Positions 23,762 through 35,866 are shown, counted from the first letter of the whole stretch. The stretch is 60,968 bases of DNA, filler included, from Globobulimina sp. (GCA_003354225.1; 18 parts of 18 records of this genome joined end to end with filler, not necessarily neighbours in it), one strand, 5' to 3'. A program made the numbers and translations. Notes: generated from the sequence alone by a model not told the origin.

Positions 23762-26700
23762 TGTTTTCAAATCAAATAACATAGAGTATACACTCTATCC
23801 CTCCAACAAGGGCCGTTTATTAGCTAATTATATCAGAATGCATTTATTGGCATCAAGAATATCACAAAGTGCGCGATTAGCTGTATTGGTACATAGCATT
23901 TGTGCGAAACAACAAAACAACACACATCTGTTTAGTTTGTCTACTTTTTTTTTTATTTTTTTATAATTATGATTGAACATCGCATGCATTAATTTGCATT
24001 TTATAGAGTTCGCAAATTATTAAATGACATACGTGAGCCATATACATTAATCCGATCAAGTTTTGATGCAACCTCAAGCACAGCATTTGCGACTTGCTTA
24101 GCAAAAACAGCCAAGTCTTTTTCAACATGGATGAACTTCGAAGAGCTGAAAGCTTTAGAATTGTTTAATTGCGACCCTCCCACAAAACTAGCCATACCAT
24201 TTGATGCATTACCCGAGAAAGTGAAGCAAGTGTTAACCGATGCATATTATATTCGTGATATTGGAACATGGGTATTTGCACTAAGTGTGACATTCCCTCA
24301 ATTACTAAACAATAATGCGATGCAATTGTTGTTGCAATTGACCATTGCCGATCGACACTATGACATTTTATTCCGAGATGAAAAGATTGATTTCAAGCAA
24401 GAAATAAATAAAGCAATCAAAGATTACACACTAAAACAAGTCAATAACAACGATATTAGCTACGGAGTGTATAATAAGTATTGTGAGCAAATTGATGTAA
24501 CATCTATTACAAAAATATTTAAAATGAGTGATAATATTAAAGAGTTAGAACAGAGACATTTGGAAATTCAAACGTATTTAACATTTGGTATTAAAGATTT
24601 AATTTACATTTTCAATGAAGTTCCGGGTGCTTTATGTCCGAAACTACCGATCGTTTTTGGCATTTTGCATAAAGTAAAACATGAAATATTATGGAGCGTA
24701 GTTCATTGTTCATCATGTAAACACTCACAACATTCAGTGAATAAATTTTGGAGAAAGTTTTGTCATTTTGCAGAATTATTACATAATCATTACAAATTAT
24801 CCTCAATGGTTCTAAAATATAAACAGATTATTTATGATTATTATTTGGAGATATTGGAGATGGATTTGGTTGAATTAAATAAAGAATTTGCGATATTGTC
24901 ACAAAACCCGCAAGCATTGGATGGTTCTGCCAAGAATTTAATAAGTAATATTTTAAACAAATTGAATCAAAACAATGTCAAACAATATTCACATATTCGA
25001 TTGGATTGTTACAGAGTACAATGTTATGTCTCCAATACATCATCAATTCATAGCAAATCTCGATTAGAATGTGATAATTTTTTGAAAAAACTAAAGAAAT
25101 TTTGTGATGAAACACGTTTTGTTGAATCAATTGAAACAGAATTGAGACATTGCAATCCATTTAAAATATTATGGTTTTATCCGAAATCGTTACAAGGATT
25201 ATTCAATGTTGTAATGGATATAAATACAGAGAAAAATCGAGAGATTGCAAGTAGAAATATTGCAAAATACTGGAATATATTCATTCGAATCTGTCAGTAT
25301 TCGATACAAAATGTACATCATGAATTTGGAAATGAGCAACAAAGTTTGGGCGAATTAAGCATTAAAATGTGCGAAAAGTATATACAAAATGTTGGCGAAA
25401 CAATAAAATTATGTTTAAATACGATATTATCACAAAAACATGCATTGAGTACACAAATAAATGGTGCAAGAATTGACGAAAATGTATTTATGAAATTAAA
25501 TTTAAGTTTAACTCTATTAAAAAATATTATTCATGGTTTCAGTGAAATTAATTCCGTTATTATTTATAATCAAACAATTTATCCGAATGCATTTTTGCAT
25601 GACATGATTGAAAATTGGTTCCTACGTAAATTAAAAGTTATGTTTAATAACAAAGACAGAAATATTCCAATTCGAAATAATCCAAATAAATATGTTTTGG
25701 GTTTTTTAATGCCAAGCAAATTGTGTTCATTTTTAAATCAAACGTTTGCTACATTGAACGCATTGAATCAAATGTTAAACTTAGATATTTCAAGTTTTGT
25801 GAAGGAAATATTATTTCAACAATTTTATGTGAAACAATTCGATCGCAAATTTAATGAAAATCAGCAAGACATTGATGTTGAATGTATTAAAGGCAAACTA
25901 ATATATAATGTTTGTAAATATTACATCGCATTAATTGAACATGCATACATTGACGGAATAAATGGTAATAAATTAAATGGAGTATATTCACCATACACAT
26001 ATTCATGGATTGCCACCGGAGAAGACATTGTTAGTCAATCGCTAGAACAGTTTTGTAGTAAAAAGGAATTGGAAGCATTGTGTTCAATAATTGGTGTTCA
26101 TGGCACGCATATTTTAGATTATTATTTATTGAAAGAAATAAAGAACTCTCTGGTGATATTAATTAATAATATTCAGAATAATGCATCCAATCAGAAAATA
26201 TATAATAAAATATGTAATTTGGGGATAAATAATATTAAGGAAATTCATTTCTTAATGACAAACAAAGACTGTATTAAATTAATAAATGTATTCAGTTTGC
26301 ATGCAATGAGAATTGGTGCATTTGTTCAATTTAGAAAAATGTTAAACAATGCACTGGATTTTATTTGTTCAAAAGAAGCATCGTTTGAAAAATCAACAGT
26401 TGAAATAATACAAAACTCGATGGATATTAAAGACATTGATGAGGACGATCCAAATCATAAGACATCAATCTTACATAATTTGGTGTCATTATTTGCCATT
26501 AATAATGATAACGGAACAATGATATTACAAACATTAAAAAAAGAGTTGTATTCATGTGTTGAAGATGGAGATGTAGAAATTGTGAATAATTTAGGAATGT
26601 TTATGTCTGTTTCATTTTTATCGCAACAATTTTGGAATAAAAGTGATTATGGAAAATACAATGTAGATATTGGTAATTTCAATAATAATGGTATTGTTTT

Positions 26701-27054
26701 AGCGCAATGTGTTGAATTTTTGTTTGATATGTTTTATAACACAACAAATGGTAAAATAATAAGAGAGAAAAAATTATCTTGGTTGTCCTCGGCAATTTAT
26801 ATTGTAATGGAATTGATAAACTGTACACAAAATAATCCAGACAAGCAAAATGCAATTAGTTTCATTAAATATTATTCTGGATCGGAATTATTAATATTTT
26901 TCGATTATTTTGTTGAAATAAATAAAAAACATGTAAATAAATCAGATTTGCAATCTCATTTTCAGATTTATCATTTAATTCAAACAGAATTGGTTAAAAT
27001 ATGTGGTCAAAATTCGGTATATACAACAAGCAAATTATATATTGATCCAAATGA
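23762..27054 (+). CDS. NCKAP1: Nck-associated protein 1 / Nap1 / Hem (WAVE complex subunit), partial; probable intron about 23889-24006
   Basis: PGALCPKLPIVF...HEILWSVVH (compare PGLLGPKALFVF...DEIIWLLRH), IRLDCYRVQCY (LRLDWFRLQAY), ELEALCSIIGVHGTHIL (EMRALSELLGPYGMKFL), MRIGAFVQFR and YNVDIGNFNNN. Confidence 0.88.
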
Positions 27055-27349
27055 NNNNNNNNNNNNNNNNNNNNNNNNNNNNNNNNNNNNNNNNNNNNTT
27101 AATTAATTAANNNNNNNNNNNNNNNNNNNNNNNNNNNNNNNNNNNNNNNNNNNNCTGTCAGACACTGGCACAAAATATTAACTTGACTGCAGACGTGTTT
27201 AATTTAATAATGTTGTGTATTCCTAAATTTACCGTTGTAAATTGTCGGTGGTGTTGTAGCGGATTAATGTACGACGGTTTGGTTATTTTTAGAGTTTTTG
27301 AATTAGAATTGTGAAAATTCTACGTTTACGCTTTTTTTGTGTTTGAACA

Positions 27350-28585
27350 ATGTCCTCAGACAGTAGCGTTGCTAAGAGCAAAAATTCCAGAAAACATGGA
27401 AAGAAAAAATTGGATTGTTTTGAGATCCTAAACAACAGTGGATATGAATCAATTGAGTCCATTTGTATTTCAATAAAACAAGAACCCACCAATTTAGTCG
27501 ATGTATTTATGGAAAATACTTATCTAAAAAATAACGGCTTATTACTACGAATAAATGGCATAATCGAGACTGAAAAAGTGAACAATCGTCAAAAATTGAC
27601 AGCATCCTTGCTATTAATCTTACCGTTTATTAATTGTTCATCGAAAATTGAGCATAACATTTGTGAGAAATATGTTCTCCGTCAAAAGGAACAAAAAGAT
27701 GACGACGATTCAAATAATAACAATAACCATAACAATAATTTTTGTAATGGATTAGTGTTTGCATTATCGCAGAAATTATGCATCATATCTTTACAATGCA
27801 AGACATGGATTATGTGCACATTGTGTCATATCATCGAAAGGAAGCATAATTTAAATATCTCGACCAAAATAAGTGATGCCTACGACGGATTAATTGCATA
27901 TTCATTGCAAATCTTACAATGTCCATTTAGTAATCTTCATAGCTCAGACATCATATTTAAAATCAAACAGTACGCGATTCGAATATTATTATGCGAATTG
28001 AATGAAGGCGTCATGGCGCGGCAATATTTAAAGGATGAGTTTACAAATTTGATTGTTTTACAAACGATTATTATGTTACATGAGCAATACGACGACAATA
28101 ACGATTACAATGATGAGTATCAGTGGTTAATGGTTAAGTTATTGCAATATTTATACCGCTCGTTTGATTTCAATGATTTATGGATCACATTGGATGAGTA
28201 CACGAATAGCATTGACAGCGCCAATGTGGCTTTTAATAATAGCATAAAATCATATTATTTGAAATCATATTTGATGATAAGAGCGCAGTTTGCGAGTTTA
28301 CTGAAAATGAAATGTAAATTATTTATTCAAAACACAAAAGGAATTTTTATTCGGGTCGCCATCAAATTATTATTGGAGTATCCATTGAATCCATCAAAAT
28401 TGAATATTAATAAGTATTGTGGACCAAATTGGCAATATGAATTTGAGCGTTTGTTGAGAAATGAAGACGAATGGAATGATAATATTGTGGATCATTTAAT
28501 TAGTTTATCTGCCAATAATATGTCAAATATTAATATTATAAATACAATAAATATTAAAGATCATCAAATAAATCACAACAAATGA
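27350..28585 (+). CDS. Hypothetical alpha-helical (possibly ARM-like) protein
   Basis: 411-aa uninterrupted ORF with a Leu/Ile-rich helical pattern. No diagnostic motif. Confidence 0.6.
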   Translation: MSSDSSVAKSKNSRKHGKKKLDCFEILNNSGYESIESICISIKQEPTNLVDVFMENTYLKNNGLLLRINGIIETEKVNNRQKLTASLLLILPFINCSSKIEHNICEKYVLRQKEQKDDDDSNNNNNHNNNFCNGLVFALSQKLCIISLQCKTWIMCTLCHIIERKHNLNISTKISDAYDGLIAYSLQILQCPFSNLHSSDIIFKIKQYAIRILLCELNEGVMARQYLKDEFTNLIVLQTIIMLHEQYDDNNDYNDEYQWLMVKLLQYLYRSFDFNDLWITLDEYTNSIDSANVAFNNSIKSYYLKSYLMIRAQFASLLKMKCKLFIQNTKGIFIRVAIKLLLEYPLNPSKLNINKYCGPNWQYEFERLLRNEDEWNDNIVDHLISLSANNMSNINIINTINIKDHQINHNK

Positions 28586-28659
28586 TTGAACTTGCATGCA
28601 TGTTTTGCATTTTTTAATATTTTTGTTGCATAGAGATACCGTCTTTTTATTATTAAAAC

Positions 28660-28718
28660 ATAAATCCGATAAATTGATTGATTTCTTGAGTTTTGAAGAT
28701 TTAATTTATCGGATTTAT
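28660..28718. repeat. Perfect 16-bp inverted repeat just upstream of the HSPA12-like start
   Basis: ATAAATCCGATAAATT (28660-28675) / AATTTATCGGATTTAT (28703-28718). Confidence 0.75.
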
Positions 28719-28745
28719 CCAACGAACAAAGTTTTCTGCTAAACC

Positions 28746-30447
28746 ATGGAAACTACATTAGATGAGAAATATGATGTGTTTGTTGAAAAATACTCACACA
28801 TTCCAAGCATAGATCAATTCAAACGTTTTGCAAACATCAAGTACCGTGATGCAAAAAACTATATGACAGCACGCAAACCCGTCCGAAAAACATCCGCTGA
28901 TTTACCAAATTCTGCACCGCTGATAGCCAAATCTAGGACAACTCGCGCATATTCTTCCTATAATGGCCTTTCGATACCACCAAAACCAAAACAAACAGCA
29001 ACAAATACCAACAACAACACAAGCGACGACCACAACACAGCACCTTCAGACCGCCACACAAAACCAAATAAATACGCTGTAAACGCATTTCAATCACTAC
29101 ATTTCAGACCGACACACAAATGCGGTCAAGTAAACACTATAAACAATATCAACACAATCAAAACACGACAAAGATCCAATGAGCTAATCAATGGCAAGAC
29201 ATCTCCGCAAATACATACAAAAATACAACCAAACAGCCCATTAAATGCAAATTCACCGTCAGAGTCAGACCACATACATCTAAATGCAACAGGGACAAAA
29301 GCAAAGGAGTACTACTTACATAGCACAATCAAACATCACTGCAACTCCTTTGGACAAGATTTACGTAAATATGCTGACATCGATGCAACTGACCATAACG
29401 GATATTATCGTGACATGGACTATAAAAACGATAAAAACGTTAGAAACGATATGAATAATATAAATAATCCATATTTAGATAATAAATTATTACAAGAGTC
29501 GTCACAGAGCGTACATTCATTCAAATTGTACGTTGGCATTGATTTTGGCACTGATGGCTGTGCGATATCCTATTGTTTGCCCAATGGGAACGTATATATT
29601 CATAGTAATTGGCAGGGAGACAAAAATGTAAATACAAAGATCAAAACACGTATATTATTGGATGAAAATGGCGAGAGATTAGCATTTGGATTGGCTGCCA
29701 GTTATATGTATGCCTCAAATATAAATAAAAGTAAGCCTCAAAATTGGCTGCTATTTGAACGGTTTAAAATGAATTTATATGCAAAACATTATGAGAATAA
29801 CAATGAAAATAAAACAGTAAACTTGAGGCAATGTTTGCGTGCAAGTAATGGTGTTTTGTATCAAAGTAAGAACGTATTTGTATCTGCGTTTAAATACATG
29901 AAAGAAGAAGTGTGGCATTATCTGAAAAAGCTAAAGTTGCATAATATAGTCAAAACTATACGAGATATACGTTGGATTATTACTGTGCCGTCTATTTGGG
30001 ACGACATTGCCAAGTTATGTACATGTTTTTTACTTACTTAACTGTTTTTTTTTCAAGTGTCCATCATGCTGTTGATGGGTAGTGGTAATTTACACCTCTC
30101 AGTGTATATAATTATGACAAGTTACTACATACCCATCAACCACATGGTGTACACAGAAACAAAATGAGAGAATGGGCGATTTCAGCTGGATTAGCTGACA
30201 AAACCCTTCTGAATCATATTAAAATTGTGTATGAACCCGATTGTGCGAGTCTGAGCATTCAACATCAAATCATGCAAATGCAAATGAGGAAGCAGCTAGT
30301 TTCAAGCACATGTACTCACACAACGAATGATATGGGGATTATATTTGTCAATGCCGCTGCCGCTGCGAACACAGATGCATTATTTGCGGTGGGAAGTAAA
30401 TATTTATTAATTGACGCAGGTGGTGGTACAGTAGATACTTCCTGCCA
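28746..30447 (+). CDS. HSPA12-like (Hsp70-12) protein with a long N-terminal extension, 3'-partial; intron 30014-30156
   Basis: YVGIDFGTDG...SY, LFERFKMNLY, WIITVPSIWDDIAK-NKMREWAISAGL, EPDCASL and YLLIDAGGGTVD. Confidence 0.9.
30057..30154. repeat. Imperfect inverted repeat (about 36-bp arms) at the 3' end of the HSPA12 intron
   Basis: GTGTCCATCATGCTGTTGATGGGTAGTGGTAATTT pairs with AAGTTACTACATACCCATCAACCACATGGTGTACAC. Confidence 0.75.
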
Positions 30448-30547
30448 NNNNNNNNNNNNNNNNNNNNNNNNNNNNNNNNNNNNNNNNNNNNTTAATTAAT
30501 TAANNNNNNNNNNNNNNNNNNNNNNNNNNNNNNNNNNNNNNNNNNNN

Positions 30548-31302
30548 GCATTATCATTTACTTTAACACATTCTTTATTTACTTCATTTGCGTTCTCTCT
30601 CTTTTGTCTCAATCTCGCGGATCGTCGTTTTGGCACAATAGGACATGGCGCAATGGGTGGTGGGATGGATATGTTTGAGTTATTTTTATTAATTTCAGAT
30701 TTATCCTCTGATTCTATGTTATTATTATTATCCGACATCGATATCAGTGGTGGTATGGGTCTATTTACATTGTCATTTGCTTCCATACCATCCCTTTTCC
30801 GCCAGGGACAAGCAGCCGATTCCTCCGGTGTTGGATTTATGATCCCATAATTTCTTAGGTTATTTTTATGATAAGCATATTTTCGTGCTCTTGCTTTTGC
30901 AGCACAGACACCACCACCTTATTCAGTTGGAATTAAAACAAATTATTAGATTGCAATTGTATTGCAATTGATTTAGTGGACAAAAACACAAAAACACTTT
31001 TTTAAGTAACTTTGTATTGTTTTCAATAATTTATTTGTATCAGCTTCACCATCGATAATCGCGCAGAGTCTTCTTTTGCGTGATCCAGACGAAGCTGGTG
31101 GTATTAATCCCATCTGTCCCATCTGCCCCATCACTGCTTTTGCAGTGTCGGTGTCATTCACCATAATTGTGATATTTATATTATTGCTGTTCGTATTATA
31201 TGACGCTTTATTTTTATATTGCGCCCTGACATCTTTAGAGCCCCAAATTGTCCATGAAGAGTCTTTGTTGTTGTCACCACGCACCTTCTTTACGTGAGAC
31301 AT
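30548..31302 (-). CDS. Hypothetical protein, 3'-partial; probable intron about 30918-31010
   Basis: ORF 30973-31302 splices into a frame reading SGVCAAKARARKYAYHK...MEANDNV... that stays open to the contig end. Confidence 0.5.
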
Positions 31303-31376
31303 GTAGATGTTGCGGCAAGTAAGCAGCTAAACTCAGAGATGAAAAAAAGAAAAACATCGGTGATATATAAAATGTA

Positions 31377-32489
31377 ATGTCGTTGAACTTTCTAATTGTG
31401 GGTGATTGGGGCGGCCAAAGTAAGTATCCGCACACCACACCATATCAGCTGTCAACAAGAAATGTAATGGAATCCGTAGCAACAAAATATAAAATAACCG
31501 CTGTGATATCAGTGGGAGATAATTTCTATCGGACAGGCGTTGCAAATGAATATGATCCACGATTTAAACAAACATTTGAAAGTGTATACAACACCGCAAA
31601 CTTAGAGAATATTGCGTGGTATGCCATTGCTGGCGATCACGATTGGAAACGGAATGTATCCGCACAAATAGCATACACTCATCATTCATCCATATGGAAT
31701 ATGTTGGATTATTATTACAGCAAAACATGGGACATTCCACAAAGTCAACATTCAGTTGAGATGTTATTGTGTGATTCCATAATATTGGGATGCAGAGACC
31801 ATCCAAACATCAATAAAACAATGCGAAACACTCATTGGTTGTGGTTGGAGCACAAATTGAAGGCTTCAAATGCGAGCTATATCATTGTTGCAGCACACTT
31901 TCCCATATATTCTTATGTTTGGCATGGACCATTTCAATGTTTGCAAGCACTCAATCGTTTGTTGATGAAATACGAGAAAGTTATTGCATATGTTTCTGGA
32001 CATGATCACAATTTGCAATTTATTGAACAAAGCAATCAGAACTTACAATATATTGTTTCTGGAGCTGGCAGTGCCTATGTAAAGAGAACCAAATATCTCA
32101 AACATAATCTAAACCCAAACTACATTCAATCATTCAAGTTTAAAGGTGGTGCACACGGTGGATTTGTCAGAGTAATTCTCAATAATTGCTGCGTTCGAAT
32201 GCATTTTTATGAGGGAATAAATGATTCCGTTGTGTATTCGACGGGTATTTGGTATCCGAATGGTAGCTATCAAAGTGTTAATGCGCGTGATATAGAGGTG
32301 GTGGGTGATATTGTGTATGATACAGAAATGATAAATGCATTAAACAACCAATATTCATATTTGTTGCAATTGGATCAGATGGAATCAGTTATAATGTTTC
32401 TCATTGTTGTTTTGATTGTCGTTTACACGGTTAATTTTTTTACACATTCTTGCACAAAAAAAATGCGAATTATTACAGGTGGATAATAG
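31377..32489 (+). CDS. Purple acid phosphatase (ACP5/TRAP-like metallophosphoesterase) with a C-terminal transmembrane helix
   Basis: GDWG, GDNFY, GDHD (canonical GNHD), AHFP and GHDH motifs; hydrophobic VIMFLIVVLIVVYTVNFF near the C-terminus. Confidence 0.92.
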
Positions 32490-32685
32490 ATATTTTTGTG
32501 AGGCGATAGTTGTAGGATTTTTATATGAAATTCTGTCGTTTAATTCAACGGTTTTCATGAAGTAAACTTCTCACTTTCTGTATAAAAAACTTTGGACACA
32601 ACACAACACACAAATTATAAATAACTCATCACACAAACTCATCGATCACAAAAGGAAGAGAAAGACACATTTTATATTATATTTC

Positions 32686-33567
32686 CTAAAATGCCACATC
32701 AACTCTATGATTGACAGCATCTGAGATGCTATCACCTTTGTGATACACATATATTGCCATGAAATATTCAATATTATCTCCTGTCAATATTTTAGAAAAT
32801 ACTTTGTATTTCTTGCGACCATTAATGCGGTATGACAGTGTATGATCATTCAAATTCAGAATCATATCGACAATATCATTTGTTTTGTACTTCAATGCTT
32901 TTCCGTGTTTACTATATGCAAAGCCATAGACATTCCATTGAGCTTTCTTTCCATCATGATACAGACCATACGAATGCGTGGCTTCTTCGTTGCTACGATT
33001 TCTCAAAAAATTGGTGTTTTTCCATTTGTACTTTGTTTCATCAATGCCAATGGCCATACTATCTGTTCGTTGATTAATTTTAAATTTCCAATGATATCTC
33101 GTCCTATGATCTGATGATATTATTTTCATTGCACCATAACAAGTAATATGAGCAGAATCAGTCATTGTGAGCGTTCGTTTTATAGTGGTATTTGTGGTGA
33201 ATGCAAGAGCACCAATATAATGTTGAAAACTTTCAAAACCATCACAAAATAATAAGATAACATCATATATCGGTTGAGGAATAATATGGATTAATATCAT
33301 ATTTGTTGTTGTTGTTTGCTCAATTTTACTGTCTCTAATGTATCCATAAACTAATAAATTTGACACATAAATGTGAGAGGGATAACCACCATCAACCCAT
33401 GGATTAATGTCACTTGACAGACATTCTGGTTTATTTGCAATGTATTTCATCATATGTTTGGCAGATATTGTAGCATCTTGTGCGTTATTTAAAAGATACA
33501 ATTCGTACTTTAAATCTCTCACTTGTTGTAGTGCTTTCTCCAGTTGATGCTGTGATGGCATACTCAT
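32686..33567 (-). CDS. G-protein gamma-like (GGL) domain fused to a B30.2/SPRY-like domain
   Basis: aa 1-60 LEKALQQVRDLKYEL...ATISAKHMMKYI...PECL...NPW follows the G-gamma pattern. Then LLVYGYIR...IPQPIYDVILLF and a SPRY-like YHWKFKI...MAIGID...YKTNDIVDMILNLNDHTLSYRING. Confidence 0.7.
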   Translation of the reverse strand: MSMPSQHQLEKALQQVRDLKYELYLLNNAQDATISAKHMMKYIANKPECLSSDINPWVDGGYPSHIYVSNLLVYGYIRDSKIEQTTTTNMILIHIIPQPIYDVILLFCDGFESFQHYIGALAFTTNTTIKRTLTMTDSAHITCYGAMKIISSDHRTRYHWKFKINQRTDSMAIGIDETKYKWKNTNFLRNRSNEEATHSYGLYHDGKKAQWNVYGFAYSKHGKALKYKTNDIVDMILNLNDHTLSYRINGRKKYKVFSKILTGDNIEYFMAIYVYHKGDSISDAVNHRVDVAF

Positions 33568-33661
33568 TACTCAAGATGTTGGACTGTAAAAAGACAAAGT
33601 TAAGCTTAGAAAAGATAATTGGTTGAGCCAAAAAGAAACAATGTAGGTATCTTGGATCATC

Positions 33662-33840
33662 AATGAAAGAAATGCATTAAAGTCAGAGGTTTGAGAGGTT
33701 GAGAGGTTTAGGCGTTCAGAAGTTCAGAAGTTGAATTATTAATGAAAGCAGTATCCAATTCTACGATACTTTTATCCACCAACTTCTCAACATCCCAACC
33801 TCTCAACGCATAAACTTCTGAACCTCTCAACTTCTCAACC
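33662..33840. mobile_element. MITE/foldback-like element related to 12555-12740, cut by the contig end
   Basis: It starts AATGAAAGAAATGCATTAAAGTCAGAGGTTT (compare AATGAAAGAACTGCATTTATCGCAGAGGTTT at 12553). An array of 8-mers AGA(G/A)GTT(G/C/T) follows, with an inverted array AAC(C/T)TCT(C/G) at 33781-33840. Confidence 0.6.
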
Positions 33841-33940
33841 NNNNNNNNNNNNNNNNNNNNNNNNNNNNNNNNNNNNNNNNNNNNTTAATTAATTAANNNN
33901 NNNNNNNNNNNNNNNNNNNNNNNNNNNNNNNNNNNNNNNN

Positions 33941-35032
33941 TATGGGTACATACCAAGAGAGGAAGTTATTTTATTGGTAGCAATATAATTCAAAACAGAA
34001 GATGTTGATTTCTTATATCGTTGCTGACGAACAATATCATCTTCGCCATTATCATTATCCTCTTGTTTTTTTGCAATGGAGGTTTCATGAAACATTATTT
34101 TATGTAACATTTGGGTGGCTGGGATAGCGTATATTTCTCTTTTCATTTTATTTATATCCAATTTGGTTAATGGCTCAATAACTGATAGCACATCTTTTGC
34201 GTTATTTGCATCGCGTAATTTACTTAAAACACAGGTATATTCTTCCTATGTATATAGACCATCAACATATATGTCAGTGCATCCCGTTTGCGATTTTGCG
34301 ACAAAAACAAACAAACAAAGCACCAAAATGGACCAACAACTTAATGTCAAACTGTTTTTCAATGCTTTTTAATGTCGAGCAAACCAACAAAAAAGCGCAC
34401 TAAATGAGCAAAATAAGTAAACATACAATGGATTGTTTCATAGCAGTTAAATTTGCAGCAGGCGCAGCGTCTATTTTTGGTAAAGTTGTGGTAGATTTGC
34501 GCTCGTCACGATGTATAGAGTCACGTGTTCCACTTCGATGATAGCTACTGTCCTTTTTCTCATCTTGCGCATTGTGAATAGGAGTGACAGAATGATTGAA
34601 TATCATTTCAAATGTTTGAATGAATTCTTGTATGGTATCATTATTTTGGACGTTTAATACATTTTTATAAAATGATATTTCATGACCTTTGTTTTTAAGT
34701 ATTTCGAGATTGATTTCAGAGTCAATGATTGATTGAGATATCATGGATGATTTAAATGATGCAAATTGACTTATATATAATGATAATATTTTAGTACAAT
34801 ACAATGTGTTTATTGCTTTGATTATAATGCCTTGATGGTAAATATTTGTTATATTTAATTCTTCTAAAAATGAATCATTGAAAAATATTAATGCTTCACC
34901 ATTTATTCCATGCGATGTCAATTCATTTTCGAGAGTATTTCGTGTTTTGTCCGGTAAGTCTTTGACTAATGGTTCGAGCAAATCGAATACTTCTTCAGCT
35001 GTCTTGCATTCAAAGGGTGGTTTATCTTCCAT
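33941..35032 (-). CDS. SAM-domain protein, 3'-partial; intron 34246-34426
   Basis: AEEVFDLL...HGINGEALIFFNDSFLEELNITNIYHQGIIIKAINTL is a SAM consensus. The intron joins MKQSI to EEYTCVLSK in phase 0. Confidence 0.75.
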
Positions 35033-35117
35033 GTAATGATATAATAAGTACGGGGTTTTCAGCTCTGTAAATTGAGTAAAAACATGTTAAAACATCTTGA
35101 AAAATTATAAAAAAGAT

Positions 35118-35866
35118 ATGTGGTACATTCAAGTCAACAATGACAATCCTCAAAAAATGAATTCTTTTGGTGCATCATGTTGGACACCACAGAAAAACAA
35201 AACTACCAAAGCTACAAAATGGCAATGTCAAATCAATGCACCTGAAAGATTAGAAATATTGTGTATATTCAATGAATATAATGTAGTAAAAGGTTCATAC
35301 AATGTACGGATTACAGTTGGGGCATTGCCAGAATTTCATTTAGGAGTTTTAAACACCATTCATACCTCAATCCAAACTGAACCAAATTTCCCGATTCAAC
35401 GAGGAACGAAATGTTTTGTTACGATTCAACAAGAAACGAATAAAATGTCAATGAATCAACAAATCAAAAGTGTACCAAAAAAAACTGTTGTCGACAAAAG
35501 ACAGATTCAACAATTAAAGCAATCCGTTGCTGTTCATTCATTCAACAACAAATTTGATTATTTTATGGATGCGTTGAGCTGGTTAGGTGTAATTATAACT
35601 ATTTATATTTGTATTTATTACTATATTTTTGATTTTATATTGTGTACAGTCAATGGAGCCAAGTATTTATGGCCCAAATACAGAAAAAGATAAGTGAAGG
35701 GAAATTGGACCAAAATAAGCAAATTGATAAAGCGACAATGTATGAATTGGTAAAAGATTTACACGAACATATTAAATCAACTAAAGTCAATGTTCAATTT
35801 CAAGCAGCTCTCAAAAATGTGGCTGAGAAACAGCAGCAATATTCCAAAAAGAAAACAAAAAAATAA
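35118..35866 (+). CDS. Hypothetical protein; probable intron about 35582-35649
   Basis: Two coding-like ORFs are separated by an AT-rich GT...CAG segment. Confidence 0.5.
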
